From the sequence record DRR723986_1309: a DNA stretch of 43,524 nucleotides; one strand, written 5' to 3'. Positions 28,400 through 37,469 of this stretch are shown piece after piece. The notes under the pieces were generated by a model, which was not told the DNA's origin, did not search any database, and saw only the letters and a list, made by a program, of their open reading frames with translations. How positions within the stretch are numbered: the stretch's first letter is position 1; each line of letters opens with the position of its first letter. A program made the position numbers and the translations under genes.

Positions 28400-29248
28400 G
28401 TGCCCTCCGACTACCAGCGCATTGAACATGCTCTTCATATTTTGGACAGCCAGCAGGGCATGCTCAGCCTGGACGAGCTTGCCGACAAATTGGACATTAG
28501 CGCCGGACACTTTCAGCGCATGTTTAGCCGCTGGGTTGGCATTAGCCCTAAGCGCTTTTCCCAGCTCATCACCGTTGAGCGGGCGAAACAGCTGCTATCT
28601 GCCGGCCAACCTCTACTGAATATCAGCGAGGATTTGTCGTTAAGCAGCAGCTCTCGACTCTACGACCACTTTATTCGAATCGAAGCAATGACGCCGGGAG
28701 ATTATCGTTCGCGCGGTGAGAACCTGCGCATTCGCTGGGGAAACGGCGACTCGCCTTTCGGCGAGGTGTTTATCGCACAAACTCAGCGCGGCATCTGTGC
28801 GCTTGTCTTCGGGGATGGGCGCGAGGAGCTGATGGCGATGCAACAGCGCTGGCCAGCGGCACAGTTCTCAGAGGAGCATGAAGACGCTCAGGAACTGCTG
28901 CATCGCGCATTCAGTCACAGCCATGGTGAGCCGCTTTCGCTACATCTGCTAGCCAGTGATTTTCAGTTACAGGTGTGGCGGGCGCTGCTGGCGATCCGGC
29001 CTGGACAGGTGAGTACCTATGGCCAGCTGGGTCAGCGCATCGGCCAAGCCAAAGCCGCCCGTGCGGTTGGCCGCGCCGTTGGCAGCAACCCCGTCGCCCT
29101 ACTCATTCCCTGCCACCGCGTGGTCAGGCAGACCGGCGCGCTCGGCGGCTATCGCTGGGGTGTCACGCGCAAACGCGCAATCCTACTGCACGAAGCAGCC
29201 TGTAATGGCATTACGAGAGAGGATGGCAGCGACGATCGCCGGCAATAA
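28400..29248 (+). CDS. AraC-HTH plus methylated-DNA-[protein]-cysteine S-methyltransferase (Ada/Ogt-like)
   Basis: HFQRMFSRWVGISPK HTH; FQLQVW, TYG, ARAVG and PCHRV active site; GTG start behind AAGGA. Confidence 0.9.
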   Translation: MPSDYQRIEHALHILDSQQGMLSLDELADKLDISAGHFQRMFSRWVGISPKRFSQLITVERAKQLLSAGQPLLNISEDLSLSSSSRLYDHFIRIEAMTPGDYRSRGENLRIRWGNGDSPFGEVFIAQTQRGICALVFGDGREELMAMQQRWPAAQFSEEHEDAQELLHRAFSHSHGEPLSLHLLASDFQLQVWRALLAIRPGQVSTYGQLGQRIGQAKAARAVGRAVGSNPVALLIPCHRVVRQTGALGGYRWGVTRKRAILLHEAACNGITREDGSDDRRQ

Positions 29249-29300
29249 TCAGCGCCCAGACAAGGGCGTTCTGTGCAGGCCCATCGGGCCGATTACTTTG

Positions 29301-29681
29301 TTAGATTTGATTGCGGCCAACGAGATTGATCACCCCTGCAGCAATGAGTGCAACGGCAGCGATAATGTCTGCGATGACGACCTTGCGAACGGGCTCATTG
29401 TAACCGCCAACCGACCACGCAATAGCGATGAAGGACGCAAAGCTGACTAAGCCTGCGACGATGGCCAATGTATGCAGCGATGGCTGGAAAGCGGCGTACA
29501 CTAAAAAAAGGCCAAGAAGTCCAAACAAAATGGCTCGGTGACGCATCAGGATTTCGATATTGGGCTCACTCAGGGCAATGCCATACAAAGCGGCAAGGCG
29601 ATCCACGCCCAAAACCCCGGCAACGGGCAGGAGATGAATAATGCCTACGAGCACCAGCAGGCCTGTGGCAACTTTCTCCAT
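29301..29681 (-). CDS. Small 4-TM membrane protein of unknown function
   Basis: Four hydrophobic segments, IHLLP…LYG…ILMRHRA.LFG pattern; GAGGGG RBS. Confidence 0.7.
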   Translation of the reverse strand: MEKVATGLLVLVGIIHLLPVAGVLGVDRLAALYGIALSEPNIEILMRHRAILFGLLGLFLVYAAFQPSLHTLAIVAGLVSFASFIAIAWSVGGYNEPVRKVVIADIIAAVALIAAGVINLVGRNQI

Positions 29682-29714
29682 CTTTGCCCCTCTTTCTTGA
29701 ATGGAACCGCAGGT

Positions 29715-30839
29715 TTAATCTGCCAGCTGAGCGACGCTCTTTAAAATCAGGCGCACCAGCAAGGTCTGACGACTAACACCGGTTTTGGAAAAAATTGAAC
29801 GCAAGTGGGTGCGTGCGGTATTGCGGCTCATGCCCAGTGCTTCCGACGCTTCATCCAGGCTCAAGCCATCCGCCAGCAATAACGACAGCTGCGCCTCAGT
29901 TGGGGTAAAGCCGAACAGTTGGATGATGATATTGACCGGCGCCTCTGCCCCATATTCCGGATCGCTAATAAAAATTGCCACCGTCGGTACAGACTGCCCC
30001 TCCGACCATTCGGTCAATGGCACGGGGCGAACAATCACCCCCAGGTCGGCGAAGTCGCCATCGCGGGGAACCCGCATCGCCTCAACCACTGCGGGCTCGT
30101 GCTGATCGCGGTGATCAAGAATGCGGTTAATCAGCCCCTGCAACTTCTTGGTTGTGGCCTGATCACCGAGCATCAGATAGCCGTCCTCGATCTTCACCTC
30201 GGGCTCACGTGCGACCAGGTTCTTCGCCATTTTGTTGCAGTTAAGCAAGCGGCCATTTTCATCGAGGATGATCGTCGCCAGCGATAGGCTCTCCACCGCA
30301 CCGGCGTAGAGGTCGCGCTCTGACTCAATAATATTCAGCCGTACATGCAGGCGCAGGGCTCTTTCCAAATGGGGCATCAGCGCGTGAATCAAGTCCCTGT
30401 CGTGCTGATCAAAAACCGGCGCAGACTCACTGCGCGCCACGCGCAAACCGGCATTCATTTCACCCGGAACATGGATATCGACACCGAGGGTATCGTAGAG
30501 CCCGCAGGGCTTCATACACATCAGGTACAGCTCGCTGGTCAACCAGTCATCTACTGACACCAGCTCCATCAAGCTTTTGACCTCGCCCGGCTTAAGCGAC
30601 AGGAAGGGGTCCATAGCAAATAGCCGTTTTTGGTACTGATCCATACCCTCTACGGTGCTGCCACCCAGCACCCGTAGCACGCCGCGGCCCTGCTCCGACG
30701 GGGGGTTTAACACCAGCGTGACCGACACCGCCTGCATGACCTGAGACAACTCAGACAAGAAGCCTTCCCAGGGTTCCTCTTCCAACGGCCCTTGATAAAC
30801 ACTAGCCAGGAGGCGGTCAAACTTTGGATCGATCAACAT
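29715..30839 (-). CDS. LuxR-family transcriptional regulator with N-terminal sensor/PAS-like region (TeiR/TesR-like candidate)
   Basis: C-terminal FGFTPTEAQLSLLLADG.SLDEASEALGMSRNTARTHLRSIFSKTGVSRQ HTH; 374 aa; directly after the hsaDEGF operon. Confidence 0.85.
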   Translation of the reverse strand: MLIDPKFDRLLASVYQGPLEEEPWEGFLSELSQVMQAVSVTLVLNPPSEQGRGVLRVLGGSTVEGMDQYQKRLFAMDPFLSLKPGEVKSLMELVSVDDWLTSELYLMCMKPCGLYDTLGVDIHVPGEMNAGLRVARSESAPVFDQHDRDLIHALMPHLERALRLHVRLNIIESERDLYAGAVESLSLATIILDENGRLLNCNKMAKNLVAREPEVKIEDGYLMLGDQATTKKLQGLINRILDHRDQHEPAVVEAMRVPRDGDFADLGVIVRPVPLTEWSEGQSVPTVAIFISDPEYGAEAPVNIIIQLFGFTPTEAQLSLLLADGLSLDEASEALGMSRNTARTHLRSIFSKTGVSRQTLLVRLILKSVAQLAD

Positions 30840-30972
30840 CGTAACGTCTGTATGCCTTGTTATTTTTTACATGCAGTGAGTATAACCGAGATGGGTATGC
30901 GATACAGGCCTTTAACACCTGACCGCTGCTGCGCGAACGCCGCACTTACCTGGAACGAACAGCCAGACACGA

Positions 30973-30996
30973 AAACGGCCCCAGCTGGGGCCGTTT
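30973..30996 (-). terminator. Intrinsic terminator of the hsaD-E-G-F operon
   Basis: AAACGGCCCC-AGCT-GGGGCCGTTT; T-run follows the GC stem on the minus strand. Confidence 0.8.
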
Positions 30997-31029
30997 CATA
31001 TTGCCGGACTGGCGTCTGGCGATCAGGGC

Positions 31030-32058
31030 TTAGAGCAAGCCGCGCTCCTTAGCCATGTCGAGTGCCAAGTCTTCAATCATATCTTCCTGTCCACCAACGG
31101 TGCGGCGGCGGCCAAGCTCAACCAGTATATCTCGGGCCGACACGCCGTACTTCGCTTCGGCGCGTTTCGCGAACAACAAGAAAGATGAGTATACGCCCGC
31201 GTAGCCCAGAGTCAGGGAGTCCCGGTCGATACGGATGGGGTGATCCATAATGGGAGTCACGCGGTCTTCGGCGACATCCATAATTTTATACAGATCAATA
31301 CCGTGATCCGCGCCCATACGATCAAGCACGGCCACCAATACCTCCAGCGGCGTATTGCCTGCACCAGCGCCCAGACCGGCTACAGAACCATCGATACGGT
31401 TAGCACCGTGCTCGATTGCCACCAGCGAGTTCGTGACGCCCAGGCTCAGGTTGTGGTGAGCGTGGAAGCCCAGCTCGGTTTCTGGCTTCAGCTCGCTGCG
31501 CAACAGCGCAATGCGCTCTTGCACCTGATCGGGCAGCATATAGCCAGCGGAATCGGTGCAGTAAATACAGTTGGCACCGTATGACTCCATCAATTTGGCT
31601 TGCTCGACGATTTCCTCAGCACCGATCATATGGGTCATCATCAAGAAGCCCACGGTATCCAAGCCCATCTCACTGGCCATGCCAATGTGCTGCTCTGATA
31701 CATCCGCTTCGGTGCAATGAGTCGCCACGCGGATGGTTGATACACCGAGATCAGCGGCCATTTTCAAATGGTCGACCGTACCAATGCCGGGCAGCAACAG
31801 CGCCGAAATTTTTGCATTCTTAACAGCACCGATTACGGCCTTCAGGTATTCTTCATCGCTGTGCGCGGGGAAACCATAGTTAACAGAACTACCACCCAAA
31901 CCGTCACCGTGAGTCACTTCGATCAGTGGCATGCCCGCCTCATCGAGGCCACTGGCAATGCTGACCATTTCATCCAGAGAAATCTGGTGACGCTTAGCGT
32001 GCATACCATCGCGCAAACACATGTCGTGCAGAACGACTTTCTTACCTTGAATATCCAT
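31030..32058 (-). CDS. hsaF: 4-hydroxy-2-oxovalerate/2-oxohexanoate aldolase (DmpG/HsaF/TesG)
   Basis: [34 protein letters not shown] and [10 protein letters not shown] motifs; ATG 32058. Confidence 0.93.
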   Translation of the reverse strand: MDIQGKKVVLHDMCLRDGMHAKRHQISLDEMVSIASGLDEAGMPLIEVTHGDGLGGSSVNYGFPAHSDEEYLKAVIGAVKNAKISALLLPGIGTVDHLKMAADLGVSTIRVATHCTEADVSEQHIGMASEMGLDTVGFLMMTHMIGAEEIVEQAKLMESYGANCIYCTDSAGYMLPDQVQERIALLRSELKPETELGFHAHHNLSLGVTNSLVAIEHGANRIDGSVAGLGAGAGNTPLEVLVAVLDRMGADHGIDLYKIMDVAEDRVTPIMDHPIRIDRDSLTLGYAGVYSSFLLFAKRAEAKYGVSARDILVELGRRRTVGGQEDMIEDLALDMAKERGLL

Positions 32059-32068
32059 GACTATCCCC

Positions 32069-32977
32069 TCAGGCGGCCGATGGTGAAAAACGGCCTGCCA
32101 GAATCTCTTCGGCAAACATCTCTGCGGTGCGCAGGCCCGCGGCGGTCATAATATCGAGGTTACCCGCATACTTGGGCAGGAAGTCCCCGAGCCCCTCTAC
32201 TTCCATAAACATGGAGACGCGATTGCCATCGAAAACGGGACCATTTTTCAAACGGTAACCCGGTACGTATTTTTGAACCTCGGCAACCATGTCATCCACC
32301 GATTTGCGAATCGCCTCTTGATCCGGCTCGTCGTCAGTCAAACAGTGAATGGTGTCGCGCATAATCAGCGGTGGCTCTGCCGGGTTAATCACGATAATCG
32401 CCTTACCCTGACGAGCGCCGCCCACTTTCTCTACCGCGCCCGCCGTTGTGCGGGTGAATTCGTCGATATTTTTACGTGTGCCGGGCCCCACAGACTTGGA
32501 GCTTACTGTGGCAACAATTTCGCCGTAGCTCACCGACTGCACGCGCGACACGGCTGCGACCATTGGAATGGTTGCCTGTCCGCCACAGGTCACCATATTC
32601 ACATTCATGCACTTTTCGGCCACTGCATCGCTGAGGTTGACCGGTGGGATACAAAATGGGCCGATCGCCGCCGGCGTCAGATCGATCATCAACGCACCCT
32701 GCTCGTTCACTTTGCGCGAGTTCTCGGCGTGAACATAGGCTGAGGTTGCATCAAAACAGATTTGCACACCGTCCTCACGCATGGTCGGCAACATACCATC
32801 CACACCTTCCGAGGTGACCTTCATGCCCATTTCTTTGGCGCGGGCCAAGCCGGGTGATTCGGGGTCAACACCGACCATCCAAACGGGTTCAATCAGCTCC
32901 GAGCGCATTGCCTTCATCAGCAGGTCGGTCCCAATATTGCCCGGCCCGATGATGGCCGCGCGAATTTTTTCAGCCAT
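32069..32977 (-). CDS. hsaG: Acylating acetaldehyde/propanal dehydrogenase (DmpF/HsaG/TesF)
   Basis: [42 protein letters not shown] and [11 protein letters not shown] motifs; ATG 32977. Confidence 0.93.
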   Translation of the reverse strand: MAEKIRAAIIGPGNIGTDLLMKAMRSELIEPVWMVGVDPESPGLARAKEMGMKVTSEGVDGMLPTMREDGVQICFDATSAYVHAENSRKVNEQGALMIDLTPAAIGPFCIPPVNLSDAVAEKCMNVNMVTCGGQATIPMVAAVSRVQSVSYGEIVATVSSKSVGPGTRKNIDEFTRTTAGAVEKVGGARQGKAIIVINPAEPPLIMRDTIHCLTDDEPDQEAIRKSVDDMVAEVQKYVPGYRLKNGPVFDGNRVSMFMEVEGLGDFLPKYAGNLDIMTAAGLRTAEMFAEEILAGRFSPSAA

Positions 32978-33050
32978 AAGATTTCTCACTGTCAGTAGAG
33001 CACCGCTATGTGCTCCGAATAGGTAGATGTTGTTGTTCTAGATCTAGCAA

Positions 33051-33836
33051 TTAGACGAAATGCACTTCTGCATCGCCGATGCCTTCCAGCTCCATGCGCA
33101 GGCTGTCACCTGCTTGCACCGGCTCCAGCGGTACCAGAGAACCAGAGAGAATCACCTCTCCCGCTTTGAACGGAATACCGAAGCGCCCCAGCGTATTTGC
33201 CAGCCACGCCACCGCGGTTAGTGGGTTACCCTGCACCGCACTGCCCAAGCCTTCACTGAGAATTTCACCATTTTTCCATACGCGAATTTTCAATGCTGGC
33301 AGGTCGAAGTCTTTGGGGTCTGCCTCTTGCTCACCCAGCACGTAAACACCGCAGGAGGCGTTGTCCGCCACGGTGTCCTGAATGGCAATTTTCCAATTGT
33401 CGATACGCGAATCAACAATCTCAAAACAGGGCATAATGGCGTCGGTTGCGGCCAATACATCCGCCTCCGTAACGCCGGGGCCTTGCAGGTCTTTCTTCAA
33501 CCGAAAACCGATCTCCGCCTCGGCACGGGGGGAAATCAAATGACCGGCTACCGGCACTTTTGCACCATTGGCAAAGGTCATGGCGTCGGTTAAAAAACCA
33601 AAGTCCGGCTGGTGTACGCCGAGCATTTCCTGCACCACTTTACTGGTAACACCGATTTTTTTTCCCACCACTTTCTCCCCGTCTTCTTGACGGCGGTTAA
33701 GCATGCGCAGGGAGATGTAGTAGGCATCGTCAATGGTAATGTCCGGCTCACGCTCGGTCAGCGGGGCAATGCTTTGCTGGCTGCGCAGGGCGTTGTAGAG
33801 CTCATCACCCAATGCATTGATCTTGGCGCTATCCAT
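33051..33836 (-). CDS. hsaE: 2-hydroxypenta/hexa-2,4-dienoate hydratase (MhpD/HsaE/TesE)
   Basis: GKKIGVTS, PDFG, AEAEI, EIVDSRI, DTVADNAS and WLAN motifs. Confidence 0.92.
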   Translation of the reverse strand: MDSAKINALGDELYNALRSQQSIAPLTEREPDITIDDAYYISLRMLNRRQEDGEKVVGKKIGVTSKVVQEMLGVHQPDFGFLTDAMTFANGAKVPVAGHLISPRAEAEIGFRLKKDLQGPGVTEADVLAATDAIMPCFEIVDSRIDNWKIAIQDTVADNASCGVYVLGEQEADPKDFDLPALKIRVWKNGEILSEGLGSAVQGNPLTAVAWLANTLGRFGIPFKAGEVILSGSLVPLEPVQAGDSLRMELEGIGDAEVHFV

Positions 33837-33839
33837 AAT

Positions 33840-34673
33840 TTATCCGTTCTGCAAAAAGTCGAGGGTTTGGCGATTGAAAAGCTCGCGGTGCTCAACCATT
33901 ACCCAATGCCCGCAGCGAGACACCAACGTAAGGCGAATATCAGCGATGCCTTTCGCCAATTTCATAATGCCGGTCTCGGGCATCATTTGCTCATTGACGC
34001 CCCAGAATGCCAGGGTTGGACAGGTGATTTCACCCAGCCTCTCGGTCATATCGGGCACCGTCATAGTGGTGATAACCTGGCTGTTCTGTTGCTGAAAAAT
34101 TCCCCAGCGCTCGTTGACCAACTGCTCGTCGACGACGGCATCATCAAACACCAGGCCGCGACGAATAAAGTCTTCCAAGCGCTCTGGTGCCATCGGCCCA
34201 GAGGTAAAAACCTCTTTCATAATTTGCATGCCGGGCATATGAAAGTAGTCGGCCTGTTGCTCTATTCCGCCGGGCGCCATCAGCACCAGCTTACTAACCC
34301 GCTCTGGGTAGTCGAGGGTGTATTTCAGCGCAATGGCTCCACCCAAGGAATTACCGATCAGGCAGTATTGCTCCACGCCAATGTGGCGCAGCGTTTGATG
34401 AACACACTCGACGAAAAAGTCCAGCGGGTAGTCAACGTCATCAGGCTTATCGGAATACCCATAACCTATCAGGTCGGGCACCACCACTCGGAAGCCCTGC
34501 TCAACAAACCACGGGTAGTTGTATTTGAAGTTGCTGTGCCCACTGGCGCCGCTGCCGCTGCCGTGCAGAAATACCACGACAGGTCCGTCACCCTGATCTA
34601 GGTAGTGAATGCGGTGGCCATTGTCGAGGGTGACATACTGCCCCTCGGGTAATCCCGCTACGATTTGACTCAT
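33840..34673 (-). CDS. hsaD: Meta-cleavage-product C-C hydrolase (HsaD/TesD-like)
   Basis: LHGSGSGASG, GYGYSDKP, GNSLGG nucleophile elbow and CGHWVMVE; ATG 34673. Confidence 0.85.
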   Translation of the reverse strand: MSQIVAGLPEGQYVTLDNGHRIHYLDQGDGPVVVFLHGSGSGASGHSNFKYNYPWFVEQGFRVVVPDLIGYGYSDKPDDVDYPLDFFVECVHQTLRHIGVEQYCLIGNSLGGAIALKYTLDYPERVSKLVLMAPGGIEQQADYFHMPGMQIMKEVFTSGPMAPERLEDFIRRGLVFDDAVVDEQLVNERWGIFQQQNSQVITTMTVPDMTERLGEITCPTLAFWGVNEQMMPETGIMKLAKGIADIRLTLVSRCGHWVMVEHRELFNRQTLDFLQNG

Positions 34674-34762
34674 GGCTGCCCGCCCCCAGGTAAACAGAAA
34701 AACATGATGTGCCCGAGCAGGCGCAGAGAACACGCCTGCCGAGAGCTATTTTTGTGGTGTAA

Positions 34763-34808
34763 ATTTTATAGAAGGGCCTTCGAGACACTAATCCCCCAAA
34801 CGGATGAC
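34763..34808 (-). promoter_or_regulatory. hsaD operon promoter: candidate activator box plus -10
   Basis: GTCATCCGTTTGGGGGAT (34808-34791) and TAAAAT (34768-34763); box centre about -43.5. Confidence 0.5.
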
Positions 34809-34821
34809 AGCTTTTCCCGGC

Positions 34822-35682
34822 TCACTCCACGATCGCGTCATTAAATTTGGGGGGCTTACCCAACATGGCGCGCGGCGACGGGGGCAGCTTGCCATCAATG
34901 TCCACCAGCCCGTATTCCTCGGCCAGCTCTGCCGCGTAGAAGACTTTGCCACTGCGCGACATCAATGCTGCATCGCGGTACAGCGCGTCTATCACCAAAC
35001 CGGGAAACTCAGGCGATTCGGCCGCCGCCACCGCATCGGCGTAGAGTTCGGGTTGCGCGTCGAAGACCTGCATACTGCGTTCGGTTTTCAGCAACCCCAT
35101 CCACAGCGACACAACGGCGACGCCATGTGAGCGAAAATCCACGGCCATGTCATGGGCCATTTTATCCACACCCGCCTTCCCGGCACCGTAGGCCGGGCCG
35201 TGCATATAGCAGCGCCCTCCCGCTGAGGAGGTATTCACCACCAGCCCCTTTGCGCTCTTTAGCAGCAGTGGCGCCGCGTAGTACGACGACACATAACTAG
35301 AGCGCAGCCCAACATTGAGAATATCCTGCAACGCCAGCGGCTTTTCCCAAAACGGCCCCGGCAGGGTCAAGCCCTCGGGCACCAGCAAGGCATTGTTGAC
35401 GAGAATATCCAAACGTCCCTGCTCGGCTTCAATCACAGCCAGCGCTTTGCGTACCTGCTCATCGTCCCGGTGGTCACAAATTAAGGGGATGGCCTTTGCA
35501 CCTCTCTCCTCTATGGCTTCGACAGTGGCATAGACGGTGCCCGGCAAGGCCGCATCACCCTCGGACTGAGTGCGGCCAGTCACGTAGATTGTCGACCCCG
35601 GTTTGGCCAGCGCCAGCGCAATGCCTTTGCCCGCGCCGCGACTGGCGCCAGTAACGAGAATGATGCGTTTATCCTGCTTCAC
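34822..35682 (-). CDS. SDR oxidoreductase (DHRS1-like)
   Basis: VTGASRGAGKGIA, CDHRDD, LVNNA, YGAGKAG and ESPEFPG motifs. Confidence 0.88.
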   Translation of the reverse strand: MKQDKRIILVTGASRGAGKGIALALAKPGSTIYVTGRTQSEGDAALPGTVYATVEAIEERGAKAIPLICDHRDDEQVRKALAVIEAEQGRLDILVNNALLVPEGLTLPGPFWEKPLALQDILNVGLRSSYVSSYYAAPLLLKSAKGLVVNTSSAGGRCYMHGPAYGAGKAGVDKMAHDMAVDFRSHGVAVVSLWMGLLKTERSMQVFDAQPELYADAVAAAESPEFPGLVIDALYRDAALMSRSGKVFYAAELAEEYGLVDIDGKLPPSPRAMLGKPPKFNDAIVE

Positions 35683-35719
35683 AATGGATTCCTATTATTG
35701 TGTCTACCAACGGCCGCAT

Positions 35720-35764
35720 AGGCTGACAGACCGCGGCTGCAGATGCATCCTCCGAAATGACTAG
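35720..35764 (-). promoter_or_regulatory. SDR promoter: candidate activator box plus weak extended -10
   Basis: CTAGTCATTTCGGAGGAT (35764-35747) and TGT-CAGCCT (35725-35720); box centre about -42.5. Confidence 0.4.
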
Positions 35765-35774
35765 AGCGGGCGTG

Positions 35775-37454
35775 TCACAGCAGCAGCCGCCGAATATCGG
35801 CGAGCATTTGCGCCAATTCGGTAAAGAACTTGCCGGCATCCGCGCCGTTTATCACCCGGTGGTCATATGACAGGGACAGCGGCAGCATTTTGCGCGGCTG
35901 GAAACTATCACCATCCCAAACGGGTTTCACGGCCAGCTTGGAAACCCCCAGGATCGCAACTTCCGGCGCATTGATAATGGGAGTAAAACCAGTACCGCCG
36001 ATATTGCCCAGGCTGGAAACGGTGAAACAGCCGCCCTGCATTTCCGCAGGTTTAAGCTTTCGCTCCCGAGCTTTCTTGGCCAGCTCAGCGGTTTCTTCTG
36101 CCAGCTCCCAAAGCGACTTTTTATCGACATCGCGAATCACTGGTACAACAAGCCCTGCTGGCGTGTCCACGGCCATACCAATATGAACATAGTGCTTGTA
36201 GACAATGCTCTCACCATCGGCACTGAGGGAAGCGTTGAACTTGGCATTGCCGCGCAACGCAGCCGCCGCCGCTTTTAACAAAAAGGGCAGAGGCGTTAAC
36301 TTCACACCGCGCTGCTCAGCCTCTTTTTTCATCTCGCGACGGAAGTCCTCAAGCTCAGTGATATCCGCATCATCAAACTGCGTCACATGAGGAAGATTCA
36401 ACCAACTGCGGTGCATATTGGCCGCGGTCAGTTTATCCAGCTTGCTTAAGGGCTGAACATCCACCTCGCCAAACTTGGCAAAATCGACATCAGGAATCGG
36501 CTCGATGCCGCCGCCAGCTGCCGCTGCGGGCACTTTCGCCAACTGCTTAACATAGGCATGCAGGTCTTCCTTAACGATGCGCTTGCGCGGGCCGCTGCCG
36601 GACACTTTGCTCAGATCAATACCAAACTCGCGCGCCAATTTACGCACCGCGGGGCCAGCATATACTTGCTCTCCTGGTGCAGCCGGCGCAGGCGACGTTG
36701 AGCTGGTGCTGGCGCTCTCGCGCGCAGCGGCCGAGGCTTCGCGTTTTGGCTCGGGCTCGGCACTCACTGGTGCATCGGCCTTTTCCGCTGGCGGGGCTGT
36801 TTGCTCAGCCTTCGCGTCGCTCGCTGAGCTCGCCCCTGCGACACGCATTTCTGCGATCGCTGTACCTTCACTGGCAGCGTCACCGACCTTGATCAACATC
36901 GCGCTGACCACACCCGTGAACGGTGCAGGAACCTCCATGGAGGCCTTGTCTGACTCCAGCACGATCAGTGAATCACCCTCATTCACCTCATCGCCTTCGG
37001 CAACGCACAGTTCGATAACTTCTATACCTTCACCACCGCCAACATCTGGCACCTTAACGGTTTCGGTGCGCTCCGCTGTCGACGCAGGCTGCGCAGCACC
37101 AGCAGTATCGTTACCACCGTCAGTGTCGTCGTCAGCGGCTGACGTTTGCTCGGCTGCAGCGTCGGGCTCGGGTGCCGACTCGGCCGCTGATTCCGAAGCA
37201 GGCTCATCGCTGCCCTCAGCCACTTCCAGCTCGAGAATGGCATCCCCCTCGGAAACGCTATCGCCTACCGACATAGCAATCGACACGACTTTGCCAGACT
37301 TTGGCGCAGGCACTTCCATCGACGCCTTGTCAGATTCTAAAACCAGCAGGGAGTCTTCCTGCTCGACAACATCGCCAACAGCAACGCAGACTTCGATTAC
37401 CTCAACGCCTTCACCACCGCCGAGGTCTGGGATTTTGATCGTTTCTTTTGTCAC
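35775..37454 (-). CDS. aceF: Pyruvate dehydrogenase E2, dihydrolipoyllysine acetyltransferase (two lipoyl domains)
   Basis: Two LESDKASMEVPAP lipoyl motifs, YAGPAVRKLARE binding domain, DHRVING catalytic motif. Confidence 0.97.
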   Translation of the reverse strand: MTKETIKIPDLGGGEGVEVIEVCVAVGDVVEQEDSLLVLESDKASMEVPAPKSGKVVSIAMSVGDSVSEGDAILELEVAEGSDEPASESAAESAPEPDAAAEQTSAADDDTDGGNDTAGAAQPASTAERTETVKVPDVGGGEGIEVIELCVAEGDEVNEGDSLIVLESDKASMEVPAPFTGVVSAMLIKVGDAASEGTAIAEMRVAGASSASDAKAEQTAPPAEKADAPVSAEPEPKREASAAARESASTSSTSPAPAAPGEQVYAGPAVRKLAREFGIDLSKVSGSGPRKRIVKEDLHAYVKQLAKVPAAAAGGGIEPIPDVDFAKFGEVDVQPLSKLDKLTAANMHRSWLNLPHVTQFDDADITELEDFRREMKKEAEQRGVKLTPLPFLLKAAAAALRGNAKFNASLSADGESIVYKHYVHIGMAVDTPAGLVVPVIRDVDKKSLWELAEETAELAKKARERKLKPAEMQGGCFTVSSLGNIGGTGFTPIINAPEVAILGVSKLAVKPVWDGDSFQPRKMLPLSLSYDHRVINGADAGKFFTELAQMLADIRRLLL

Positions 37455-37469
37455 AGAAAACTCCTCGTA

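Noticed and set aside
33612-34601. 329-aa plus-strand ORF
   Set aside because: Antisense to hsaD/hsaE; no family features
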